Origin: Octopus sinensis
Taxonomy: Eukaryota
Reading direction: 5' to 3'
Assembly (NCBI RefSeq): GCF_006345805.1
Contig: NC_043008.1
Location: 9,982,001-10,046,000, forward strand
Length of the DNA stretch: 64,000 nt
A program made the translations under genes and the position numbers. A model generated the notes under the pieces. It was not told where the DNA came from and did no database searches. It saw nothing but the letters and a program-made list of their open reading frames with translations. This document shows, piece after piece, positions 41,025-52,528 of this stretch. The first letter of the stretch is position 1. Each line of letters opens with the position of its first letter.

Positions 41025-41437
41025 ATTCCTTTATTACCCACAAGGGGCTAAACATAGGGAGGACAAACAAGGACAGACATAGATATTAAGTCAATTACAT
41101 CGACCCCAGTGCGTAACTGGTACTTGATTTATCGACCCCGAAACGATGAAAGGTAAGGTCGACCTCGGCGGAATTTGAACTCAGAACGTAACAGCAGACA
41201 AAATATCTATTTCTTTACTACTCACAAGGGGCTAAACACAGAGAGGACAAGCAAGGACAGACAAACGGATTAAGTCGATTATATCGACTCCAGTGCATAA
41301 CTGGTACTTGATTTATCGACCCCGAAAGGATGAAAGGCAAAGTCGACCTCGGCGGAATTTGATCTCGCAACGTAACGGCAGCCGAAATACTGCTAAGCAT
41401 TTCACCCGATGTGCTAACGATTCTGCCAGCTCGCCAC
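41025..41437 (-). mobile_element. SINE family A dimer
   Basis: TSD CTGTATACCT at 41015-41024 and 41438-41447. Confidence 0.85.
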
Positions 41438-41584
41438 CTGTATACCTGCCGCATAACATACGTATACTTGACACATGTATCCAGTGCCTTTTCAGTGAAT
41501 ATTACAAGTCGCTTTCAATAATTTGCTTCAAAAAACAATCGCATAACGCAATCTCAGAACACACACTCACATATACCCCCACCC

Positions 41585-41616
<32 letters not shown>

Positions 41617-41639
41617 ATATTATATTATATATATTTACT

Positions 41640-42062
41640 CTTTTTACTCTTTATTGTTTTTTCAGTCATTTGACTGCGGCCATGCAGGAGCACCGCCTTT
41701 AGTCCGACACCTCGACCCAGTACTTATTCTATCGGTCTCTTTTGCCGAACCGCTAGTAACGGGCATAAACACACCAGCATCGGTTGTCAAGCAATGCTAG
41801 GGGGACAAACACAGACACACAAACCCACACCCATATATATATATATATATATAATATATATATATAATATATATCTATATATATATATATATACATATAT
41901 ACGACGGGCTTCTTTCAGTTTCCGTCTACCAAATCCACTCACAAGGCTTTGGTCGGCCTGAGGCTATAGTAGAAGACACTGCTCAGGTCCACGCAGTCGG
42001 ACTGAACCCGAACCATGTGGCTGGTAAACAAGCTACTTACCACACAGCCACTCCTGCGCCTA
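41640..42062 (-). mobile_element. SINE family B
   Basis: As above. Confidence 0.85.
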
Positions 42063-42367
42063 CATTATATATATATATCTTTTTCATTTTTCCAGTCTTT
42101 AGACTGCAGGCATAATGGAGCGCCGCTTGAAGTACTTTTGAACAAAGGAATCTACCCCACTAAGCCTTGTTCTAAAGGTTTGTTCCTGAGCGGCTATAAT
42201 TACGCTTCAGTCTTTCGTTCCAAGTTCCCGTCCGTCAACCAGCGCCAGCGACCTTTACTTCCAATATTCTCGGTTCGTTACATGAAATGTCCATGTAGCT
42301 CCTTTTTATTTCAGTTGTTTGTCTTGTTGTTCTTCCTTTTCCCTTTGAATTTTCCCACTGTTTCTCT

Positions 42368-42434
<67 letters not shown>

Positions 42435-42470
42435 TAGTAGTAGTAGCAGCAGCAGTAGTAGTAGTAGTAG

Positions 42471-42533
<63 letters not shown>

Positions 42534-42570
42534 TAGTAGTTTTTATTATTATTATTATTATTATTAACTA
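42368..42570. repeat. (TAG/CAG)n-(TAT)n compound microsatellite
   Basis: Direct reading. Confidence 0.95.
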
Positions 42571-43171
42571 CTACGAAATTTAAGTAATAGTGGTGTGGGC
42601 GATTCAAGAATTTCAAGGAGAATAGAGGGGGGGGGTCTGCTATTTTAATGATTGCAAATTACGAAATGTATAACCAACATTTATTCTCTGAAGTACCTTC
42701 TTCTAATGTAGCTATCGGTGATGGTTGCCGTAGAAAGGATGCGCAGTTTCTCCCTCTTCTTTCCCATCCTTTTTTCAAGAAGAATCATTTTGCAATCAGA
42801 CCGCGAATCAAGTGGAGAAAGAAGATGAAGACGGATAATTGCATAGACTTCGAAAAGATTTGAAATCAATAGAAAAAGAAGTAGTTTTCGGATCGATAAT
42901 TTTCTAAAACATGTCGATCTATAGGAAATGCTTAAATAATTGCATCAACATACATGAGAACGACAGAAGCATAAATTTACTGCCCACGCTGGAGTATGCC
43001 CAATATGTCAAAGGCCACAGACTGGAAAGCATTTCGTATATAATAATTAACAATTAAGTCCGATATTGTTCAGTGTCTCCTTAACTATATTCCACCATCC
43101 ACTTTACCAATTCTTGTTCTTTTTCCCATCTCCGTCTTTTCTATATTGTTAAATGTATGCATTTTTATATG

Positions 43172-43370
43172 TACGAGGAGGGGGGGCTGAAAAGTTCCTG
43201 GCTGTGAGTAAAACAAAAGTACAGAGGATCAGTTAATTATGACCCTATTCAAAATATTCCCCTCTCAGATTCGCACACGTATTGCAGCTGTCCTCCTATT
43301 TTTCTAAGCCCCCGTAAAATACAATCTCGGAACGTTGGGGTTCCAAGCAAACCTTTCGCGATCCACACAC

Positions 43371-43420
<50 letters not shown>

Positions 43421-44067
43421 TTTTTCTTAATGATGGCACTTGAAGTAGCTAAAGCTATAGATAATCCTTCCTATTAAAGACACAAACCCTGAAATTTTTG
43501 TTGGAAGAGAGCTGGTCACTTGAAGACCAACCTTGTTCAGGGCGACCGTTGACCTCCTCAACGAATGAAAACATCACCAAAATTCATGAACTTGTCTTGG
43601 AGAACCGTCACCGAACAACTGAAGAACGTGTCGATATGAATGGTGTGTCCTGGAGCTCCTGACAACGAATTTTGAACGAAGAACTGTGAGGGAAAAGAGT
43701 TGCAGCAAAATGTGTGCCTCGCTCGCTCATGGAAGATCAAAAGCAGTCACAACTGGATGCGTGTCGGGAACTGAAAGAACAATTGGAAGTTGATCCGGAT
43801 CTTTTTTATGGAGGTCATCACTGGCGACGAAAGCTGGTGCTACGGAATTTGCAGATGTAGAAGAGGTGAAGAAAAAAATGACAGAGGCTTTAAAAGGCAT
43901 CGCTTCGCAAGAGTTCCAGCACTGCTTTGAACAGTGGAAAACGCGTCTGGACCGATGCATTGCTTCAAATGGAGAATTCTTTGAAGGCGATAAAAGGGTA
44001 AACATGTAAAATTAAGTGAATAAAATAATATTGCAGAATTCCGGTTTCTTTTGGTTATCCGCTCGTA
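43172..44067 (+). mobile_element. Decayed Tc1/mariner element or composite
   Basis: Starts TACGAGG...CTGAAAAGTTCCTGG, ends ...CTCGTA; a similar left end occurs at 21649-21690. Confidence 0.55.
43519..44009 (+). pseudogene. Mariner transposase remnant, internally deleted
   Basis: LEDQPCSGRP (HTH), AKCVPRSL (WVPxxL-like), ITGDESWCYG (first catalytic Asp), C-terminal FEQWKTRLDRCIASNGEFFE; stops and frameshift. Confidence 0.9.
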
Positions 44068-44335
44068 CACTCGCAGATTACATTCGATAATCAATTCCGC
44101 CGAGAACATTTATTTACCGTGACCTGTGGAGCATACATCCACATATTCTTGAGATACCAGGGTACCACCAAGCCATAGGACAGAGAAACACAGCGTTGAA
44201 TTTGTAAACTCTCTAGTCGGAACTCATACACTACACGTAGAAAGCACTTGGGCCTGTCTCAAGCGAGGTAATAAACAGCGCTATGATAATCGTAGTTCTA
44301 CATTAGACTCATGTCTGCCACTTTATGTAGTTCCG
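44067..44335 (+). pseudogene. Merlin (IS1595/ISXO2-like) DDE transposase remnant
   Basis: TLADYIR*SIPPRTFIYRDLW / AYIHILEIPGYH / HRTEKHSVEFVNSLVGTHTLHVESTWACLKR fits SD.WRAY...H..VNHS..FV...G.HT..IES.W...KR. Confidence 0.85.
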
Positions 44336-44684
44336 CAGGTAGAAAAAATGCGATCTCTTCGAAAAAATATTTGTTTTATTTCATCATTTTTTTTTTACTG
44401 TTTTCGCTTCATTTCGCTTCATTGCTTTTTCTAGCGAGTCCAAAGCAAAACCTCTGACTATAGGAATAATATTATTCCTCTAATTTATATGAATATAAAT
44501 CTTCAAACGGTTGGAAGAAAATGATAAAGATGTTCATTTTCTTTTATTAAGCGCCATGTAGCAAAAAAAAGTAACGTTTCAAAAATGCTTTCCTTTTAGT
44601 AAATTCTTTTTTAAAAAAACTAATTTTTTAATATTTTATTGAAATTACCTTTTCTAAAATTTAAAGTTCTCTTTTACGCTTTTA

Positions 44685-45078
44685 TTCTTTTACTTGTTTC
44701 AGTCATTTGACTGTGGCCATGCTGGAGCACCGCCTTTAGTCGAGCCAATCGACCCCAGGACTTATCCTTTGTAAGCCTAGTACTTATTCTATCGGTTCTT
44801 TTGCCGAACCGCTAAGTTACGGGGACGTAAACACACCAGCATCGGTAGTCAAGCGATGTTGGGGGGACAAACACAGACACACAAACATATACACACATAC
44901 ATATATGTATACATATATAAGAGGGCTTCCTTCAGTTTCTGTCTACCAAATCCACTCACAAGGCTTTGGTCGGCCCGAGGCTATAGTAGAAGACACTTGC
45001 CCAAGGTGCCACGCAGTGGGACTGAACTCGGAACCATGTAGTTGGTAAGCAAGCTACTTACCACACAGCCACTCCTTT
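44685..45078 (-). mobile_element. SINE family B
   Basis: As above. Confidence 0.85.
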
Positions 45079-45705
45079 TTCACTTTCAAAACTTTGTCTT
45101 TCTTTCAGTTCTTACGGTTCCCTTTATGTTTTCATTTTCAAAAATTTGCATACGGTTCCATGGATAAACAACGATACACTAGAGCTGCAATGGCAACAAA
45201 GTTTCGCTTGTGAGAACGGACTAATTTCATTGCCTAAAACTACGTGGCTTTAAATACTTGAAACTTTTTTACTCTTCATTTTCCGAAAAAAAATTAAAGC
45301 GATTTTCGTTATCATCATGCACAACTACATCAGTGGGGAAAATTTGGAAACAATCAAAATTCATTGAAAATTAAATCTTTAAGTGGTTGGAAGAAAATGA
45401 AAACGTTTCGTTGGGTGCTATCCATTATTTATGCTCTACTTGTACGAATTATCTAATTCTATACTCTATTCTTAGGTAAACATTATTCTATTACTTTAAA
45501 CTTCTGCCTTTTGATTACTTTTAAATCGTTGCTCATCAACAACGAATTAGCGAATTTTAATGTAGAGATAAAAGTGCTGACCGAACAATTTTTTTTTTGT
45601 CGATTAAAACCAAGCTCTGTGTAAGAAGATCTTCAAATAATTTAATCTGCGGCTATTTTCGTCTGCATCCATTCCCTTCAAAGAAAGATCTTCATTTACA
45701 ATATA

Positions 45706-45982
45706 CTAATGACATTCCGTCGGTTACGACGACGAGTGTTTCAGCCTGCTCGTGGAATTAACGTGCAAGTGGCTGAGTACTCCACAGACATGCGTACTTT
45801 TACTGTACTTCTTAGGGAGATTCAGCGTGACACAGAATGTGACAAGGCCGGCCCTTTGAAATACGGGTACAACTTATGTTTGCCAGCTGAGTGGACTGGA
45901 GCAACGTGAAATAAAGTGTCTTGCTCAAGGCCACAACGTACCGCCGTGGGCCAATTACCCTAACCATTAAGCCACGCGCCTT
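45706..45982 (-). mobile_element. SINE family C-like
   Basis: Aligns with 60325-60705. Confidence 0.75.
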
Positions 45983-46029
45983 CAACTTTACAATATAGTG
46001 CATCGCATAATACAATACTTTACAACTAT

Positions 46030-46795
46030 AGGCATAGGGGTGGCTGTGTGGTAAGTAGCTTGCTTACCAACCACATGGTTCCGGGTTCAGTCCCACTGCG
46101 TGACACCTTGGGCAAGTGTCTTCTACTATAGCCTCGGGCCGACCAAATCCATCCTTGTGAGTGGATTTGATAGACGGAATTGAAAGAAGCCTGTCGTATA
46201 TATATATATATATTATATATATATATATATAATATATATATATATATATAGATATATATATATACAATATATATATTGTATATGAATATAAAGTTTATAA
46301 TCCAAACAAGAAAACACAAAAAAACAAAAACAAGCAACGCGAGGACGTGGAACAAATACGTATTATTGGACGCTCAGGAAAGAAGGGAAGAAGAGGGTTT
46401 AACGTTTCGAGCGGAGCTCTTCGTCGGAAACATAGGAGAAGGAAAGATCCCGAGAAGGGCAGACAAGGGAAAAAATCGCTGGTGGTACTCACGAGGTCTT
46501 ATAATATGTATATATATATGTGTGTGTCTGTGTGTGTGTGTGTGTGTGTGTGCGTGTGTGTGTGTATGTTTTTGTATATGTTTGTATATGTTTGTGTGTC
46601 TGTGCTTGTCCCCACAACATCGCTTGACAACCGATGCTGGTGTGTTTTTGTCCCCGTAACTTATCGGTTCGGCAAAAGAGACCGATAGAATAAGTACTAG
46701 GCTTACAAAGAATAAGTCCTGGGGCCGATTTTCTTGACTAAAGGCGGTGCTCCAGCATGGCGACAGTCACATCACTGAAGCAAGTAAATGAGTAA
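46030..46795 (+). mobile_element. SINE family B with a ~225-bp hammerhead element inserted in its (TA)n linker
   Basis: Head 46030-46197, insert ~46280-46505, tail ~46590-46795. Confidence 0.8.
46397..46431 (-). ncRNA. Minimal hammerhead motif, variant core CCGACGA
   Basis: Reverse complement GTTT-CCGACGA-A-GAGC tcc GCTC-GAAACGTT-AAAC. Confidence 0.6.
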
Positions 46796-46867
46796 AATAT
46801 AGTGCATCTAACTAGTGACTTGTTATATAACCCCAGGCCAGTCCTCATCCAGCATTCATTTGAGTTC

Positions 46868-46990
46868 TCAACAGGGAGATGGATGAAACTCCGCTACAGT
46901 GGACAGATCTGGGTTTATTGTTCCTGTTACACCTGAGGATAGACAGAATCAGAGAGTGTGGGACAATCTGCGTTCAGGTGTTATTCTCAA

Positions 46991-47043
<53 letters not shown>

Positions 47044-47295
47044 ATCAATCTGATCAATTTTCAAGGTGTCACCTACTTTCTGCAACTGGGAAATTCTCGG
47101 GAGACTGGATTGATGCCTTGCCTGGGGCCAACATTGGTGGTCTATTCAGTCTTCATGAGCTCTGCATCTCCATTGGAAGCCGACATCTGTAAGGAACTGA
47201 GTTGTCGCTTCTGTAAGCCTCTCGACTTCACAGGCTTTCGTGGTTTGTCTTGCTACCTAAATGCACGTCGTTTCGCTCGTCACGACGAGATGAAG
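46868..47295 (+). pseudogene. Non-LTR retrotransposon fragment of RLE-endonuclease type (CRE/NeSL-like)
   Basis: SGDWIDALPGANIGGLFS..ELCISIGSR / LSCRFCKPLDFTGFRGLSC..NARRFARHDEM: decayed zinc knuckle followed by RHD motif; frameshifted, (CT)n inserted. Confidence 0.6.
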
Positions 47296-47312
47296 GCTCC
47301 TTTCCATTCTGC

Positions 47313-47696
47313 CAGGAAGTCCTCGGAATTTTCCAGAAAGTTTCATCCTCGGAACTTTCCAGGATGTCTCATCCTCGGAATATTTCCAGGAAATCCTCGG
47401 AATATTACAGGAAGGCATGGGAATTTTCCAGTAAGCCCCATCCTCGGAACTTTCCCGTAAAACCCATCCTCAGAACTTTCCAGGAAGTCTCGTTCTTGGA
47501 ACTTTCCGGGAAGCGCTTGGAATTTTCCAGGAAGTCTCATCCTCGGAACTTTCCAGGAATTCTTTTGAATGTTCTACAAAGTCTCATCCTCGGAACATTC
47601 CAGGAACTCTTTGGAATGTTTCACGAAGTCTCATCCTCGGAAATTTTCAGGAAGTCTCTCATCCTCGGAATTTTCCGGGAATCACATCCTCGGAAC
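47313..47696. repeat. Minisatellite, consensus CATCCTCGGAACTTTCCAGGAAGTCT
   Basis: TCCTCGGA x10; periods of 26 and 47 bp; ends at a SINE. Confidence 0.9.
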
Positions 47697-48070
47697 AGAC
47701 AAACGGGTTAAATCGATTATATCGACCCCAGTGCGTAACTGGTACTTATTTAATCTACCCCGAAAGGATGAAAGGCAAAGTCGACCTCGGCAGAATTTGA
47801 ACTCAGAACATAGCAGCCGACCGGTAGACGAAATACCTATTTCTTTACTACCCACAAGGAGCTAAACATAGAGGGGACAAACAAGGACAGACAAACGGAT
47901 TAAGTCAATTACATCGACTCCCAGTGTGTAACTGGTACTTAATTTATCGACCCCGAAAGGATGAAAGGCAAAGTCGACCTCGGCGGAATTTGAACTCAGA
48001 ACGTAACGGCAGACGGAATACGGCTACGCATTTCGCCTGGCGTGCTAACGATTCTGCCAGCTCGCCGCCC
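47696..48070 (-). mobile_element. SINE family A dimer
   Basis: Two modules with the same junction as other multimers. Confidence 0.8.
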
Positions 48071-48353
48071 TATCATACTTTATTATTGGCGGTGCTAAAA
48101 CTGTTGTATTTTTGTTGTTGTAGCGAGGGGTGTAGTGGGAGGAAGTCTGTAGTGGAACAAACATAGTTTGAGGGTATTTTTATTGTGTACAAAGTCTGTA
48201 TTTTATAGACATAATGGTTCCAAATCCAACTTGTTTCTTTACAAATGACCGGAAAACTAAACATTTATTACAAACAAAAATAAAGGAGAAAGCCATTACT
48301 TGCAAATATGACAAAGAATTAATGAATAAATACAAACACACAGCAACAACATT

Positions 48354-48453
48354 NNNNNNNNNNNNNNNNNNNNNNNNNNNNNNNNNNNNNNNNNNNNNNN
48401 NNNNNNNNNNNNNNNNNNNNNNNNNNNNNNNNNNNNNNNNNNNNNNNNNNNNN
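48354..48453. other. Assembly gap (100 N)
   Basis: N run. Confidence 1.
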
Positions 48454-48479
48454 CTTTTTGAACGCATTTCGTTTGTGTG

Positions 48480-48528
48480 TGTGTTGTTGTTGTTGTTGTT
48501 GTTGTTGTTGTGTGTGTGTGTGGTGTGT

Positions 48529-48565
<37 letters not shown>

Positions 48566-48683
48566 GATAGAAAGTTTATTTTATTCCACACGGGTGACTG
48601 TGTGTTTATTGTTGACGGAAGAGTAGAATAAGAAAGTACAATTGTATAATTAAAATGACAGCGAGGCAAGAATGAGGGCGGGT

Positions 48684-48717
<34 letters not shown>

Positions 48718-48935
48718 GAAGAAGAAGAAGAAAAAGAAGAAAGAGGAGGAGGAGGAGGAGGAGGAGGAGGAGGCGGAGGTAGAGGAGGCAAAGGAGAAGG
48801 AGGAGGAGGGGGAGGAGGGGAAGAAGAAGAAGAAGAAGAAGCAGAAGAAGAAGAAGAAGAAGAAGAAGAAGCAGAAGAAGAAGAAGAAGAAGAAGAAGAA
48901 GAAGAAGAAGAAGAAGAAGAAGAATGAATGAATGA
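48480..48935. repeat. (TTG)n, (TG)n, (GAT)n, (GAG/GAA)n repeats
   Basis: Direct reading. Confidence 0.95.
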
Positions 48936-49714
48936 AATGGAACGGAATGGAAGGGAAGATCCGTGCGATTCCACATATGTTAGAGCTTCGTTTCAAACTA
49001 AAAATGCAACTGAATTAATATTCAATCAAAGAATCAAAGATTATGCAAATATATTGAATATGGTAACGTTACGGAATGTAACGAAAGTGTGTGGTGGAGT
49101 TGTTCAATTGAATGACGAGTTATGAATTCAACAACGCCGATATAAGACGTGGCTGTATGGATATAAATTTGCATACTGTATTTAACTGATAAACACGAAC
49201 AATTCTGTGATGATTTTTACAAAATGACTGTTGCTAGAGTGTGATTAATCAGAGAACAAGAGCAAAATCGTTTTGTACAATGCTCTTCAGAATTAAATGA
49301 ATAGACATAATCTTTTTTTATGCCACTATACTGGAAATGAGAAGAGTAATGAAGTGGATTCTTTAGATTCATTCGTGCATGTCTTGTCCGCATTTATTTT
49401 TTCTCGAAGTTTCTTTACGATTCGTTTTATTTCTTTTCTAGCATATCGTCGATGATTCTAACGTAACAAAAGCCATAACAAGAATTAAACACAGAAATGA
49501 AACTAACAACTGTCACTCGTAAAATATTCGACTTTCCTACTGTCTAAGTTAGTAAGTTGTTTTGCTGCCTAGACTTTGCTTCTCCAAATCAAACTCGTGG
49601 CTTTAAAATATTTCGAAAGTTTCGACCGCCATAAGTAACTATCATTAAGTTTAAAGTATTTTCACCAGTATATGTGCGTGTTAGTTTGTGTGTGTATTAT
49701 ATCATGTCATATCA

Positions 49715-49717
49715 TAT

Positions 49718-49772
<55 letters not shown>

Positions 49773-49790
49773 TAGATAGATTGATTGATT

Positions 49791-49825
<35 letters not shown>

Positions 49826-49874
49826 TGATTGATAGATAGATCGATAGATAGATAGATAGATAGATTGATTGATT

Positions 49875-49929
<55 letters not shown>

Positions 49930-49946
49930 TGATTGATTGATTGATT

Positions 49947-50025
<79 letters not shown>

Positions 50026-50026
50026 T
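49715..50026. repeat. (ATAG/ATTG)n
   Basis: Direct reading. Confidence 0.95.
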
Positions 50027-50029
50027 ATT

Positions 50030-50422
50030 TAGAAAATTGGAGTCAACAAGAAGGAGTACGATTGGTCATTCATTTTTTTTAATCACTACAGTTGTTTCCC
50101 CGCAACGTAGTTCTTCGGGCGTGAGAGTACTTGATAATGCAACCGTTTCCCTACATTATGAGATCTAGTTGTGTTTCCTCAGGCGATATGTAAATATTGT
50201 CTCTGTAAATTCGAATTCTCGGCTTCCAGAACATCCTCACTGTCCGAGGTGGCCTGAATTTAGTATTAGTCTCTACTAAAGCAGGGTGGTCACTACATAT
50301 TTCAGAGAAACGGTTGCTTAATCAAGTACCTGCACGCCTGGAAAACTACGTTGCGTGGAAACAATTGTAGTGATTAAAAAATAAATCTCCAACCGTACTC
50401 CTTCTTGTTGACTCAAATTTTT
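50030..50422. repeat. Fold-back element, ~130-bp arms
   Basis: 50081-50152 pairs with 50304-50375 (61 of 72 Watson-Crick); pairing extends outward through GGAGTCAACAAGAAGGAGTACG / CGTACTCCTTCTTGTTGACTC. Confidence 0.85.
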
Positions 50423-50599
50423 TCCACTTATCTATTCACACACGGCAGATGGCCAAACGCAAACCTAGAAGTAGGTATAATGCTATTGTTGGATAGCACA
50501 GAGTAAATCTGAAGGTGTACGTACTTTATACTGTACTCTACTACGTTCTTAACAGAATATACCATAACTATATATTATTGACTTGACCAGTTTCACTTT

Positions 50600-51078
50600 T
50601 TTAGAAAACGATTGTCAAAAGTAAAATGTAAAGCTTTATATAAGCATTGTTGTGTTAAGTATTGGTTATCACAAAAGTATTAAAATACAGTAATACATTC
50701 TTTGATAATGATAAGAAAACGTTAAAAACAGTTTACAAGAAAGTATTCAAGAATGGGACTACAATAAGTAATTCGAGTTCAATAAAAATCATGTTTGTTT
50801 GGTAGTATATATATTTTTTGTAAATTCTTAAATCTCTCTCTCTCTCTCTCTCTCTTTATATATATATATATACTACCAAACAAACATAATTTTTATTGAA
50901 GTCGAATTACTTATTGTAGTCCCGTTCTTAATTACTTTCTTGTAAACTGTTTTTAACATTTTCTTATTATTATCAAAGAATGTATAACTGTATTTTAATA
51001 CTTTTGTGACAACCAGTTCTTAACACAACAAAGCTTATACAAAGCTTTACATTTTACTTTTGACAATCTTTTTCTAAA
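50600..51078. repeat. Fold-back, ~215-bp arms around a (CT)n/(TA)n spacer
   Basis: 50600-50813 is the reverse complement of ~50864-51078, roughly 90% identical by eye. Confidence 0.9.
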
Positions 51079-51172
51079 CATCTCTAATAAACATCTCTAA
51101 AGTCCATTGCATTTTCAAACCTTCTTTCATATATATTTTCATTCGTACGGTACCTTACAACACTTTACTTTG

Positions 51173-51216
<44 letters not shown>

Positions 51217-51304
51217 GTGAAATAGAAAGATGAATAATCTTTAGTAGATTAATCAAAAGTTTAACCGATACCTTAGTAGCAAAAATCACAACGTATATAT
51301 ATAT

Positions 51305-51351
<47 letters not shown>

Positions 51352-51444
51352 TGATGTTTAGTTTTATATTCTGTTGTTATAAAAACAATTTTACTTTTAT
51401 CTGATGGGTTACGCTATACTTTTATAGAGTACAAATTTATTATT

Positions 51445-51568
51445 CTGATACAAGAATGCTGTTGAGAGTGACTTCGGAGTTTCGGCCAGCTAGGCCGTGT
51501 CCGACGATGGCTTAGCTGACCGAAACTTCGAAGTTGCTTTCAACCTGTCGACAACATTCTTGTATTAG
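51445..51568 (+). other. Long hairpin (14-bp plus 38-bp stems)
   Basis: 51461-51498 pairs with 51507-51544 (31 WC, 6 G-U, 1 mismatch); 51445-51458 pairs with 51555-51568. Confidence 0.85.
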
Positions 51569-51856
51569 GAGTATATACATATATATGTGTATATGTATTC
51601 ATACAACAATATATGTATATATATATATTTTCAATTAGTCAATTTAGGGTAGCAAAAATTCAATAGAAATTTATCGCTACCAGCGGCCTAGTGGAAAGAG
51701 AAAATAGTCAAAGACTAAATATAATAAATATAACAATTTAGGAGTGACCCTTAACAGGCCATTCGTCCACCAGAAAGAGCAGCCATAACTCACACCCGCC
51801 AAGTAGTAGTAATTCAGAAATTAGGTGAAAATTTAAAAACATTACCCTAATTCAAC

Positions 51857-51954
51857 TTTTGACGATGCATCGTTTCTGTGTTATAATGATTAAATTAGCT
51901 TAATTAAATTAAATTAAGCTAATCTACCATAGGTCACACTTCATCAGTAAAAAA
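51857..51954 (-). ncRNA. Inverted second copy of the same hammerhead
   Basis: Reverse complement reads TTTTTTA-CTGATGA-AGTGTGA...ACACA-GAAAC-GATGCATC-GTC-AAAAG; the first stem I pair is lost relative to the + copy. Confidence 0.75.
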
Positions 51955-52431
51955 CCTGGGAGAGACAAATATACACGAGGCGTCTGTATCGATGCCTCCG
52001 GATATCTGTCTTAAAATTTTCAAGACCGACGTATTCGCGCCAACTTTATCAGCAGTAAATATAAACTGCCGATTCAATCTCAGAATTATTCAGAATTATC
52101 AATTAGTCAATTTAGGGTAGCAAAAAATTCATAGAAATTTATCGCTACCAGCGAATGGCCTGTTAAGGGTCACTCCTAAATTGTTATTTTATATATTTAG
52201 TCTTTGACTATTTCTCTTTTCCACTAGGCCGCTGGTAGCGATAAATTTCTATTGAATTTTTTGCTACCCTAAATTGACTAATTGATAATTTTCTGAATAA
52301 TTCTGAGATTGAATCGGCAGTTTATATTTATGCTGATAAGTTTGGCGCGAATACGTCGGTCTTGAAAATTTTAAGACAGATATTCCGGAGGCATCGATAC
52401 AGACGCTCGTGTATATTTGTCTCTCCCAGGT

Positions 52432-52528
52432 TTTTTACTGATGAAGTGTGACCTATGGTAGATTAGCTTAATTTAATTTATTAAGCTAATTTAATCATTA
52501 ATCACAGAAACGATGCATCGTCTAAAAA
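52432..52528 (+). ncRNA. Type I hammerhead ribozyme with extended stem II and palindromic stem III
   Basis: Stem I TTTTTA / TAAAAA; core CTGATGA 52438-52444; stem II closed by TGTGA/TCACA with inner 11-bp hairpin ATTAGCTTAAT/ATTAAGCTAAT; GAAA 52507-52510; stem III ACGATGCATCGT (palindrome); GTC triplet, predicted cleavage after 52522. Confidence 0.85.

Noticed and set aside
47313-47696. CRISPR-like repeat array
   Set aside because: Units are tandem or separated by very short related sequence, with no unique 25-45-nt spacers and no cas genes, in a eukaryotic context.
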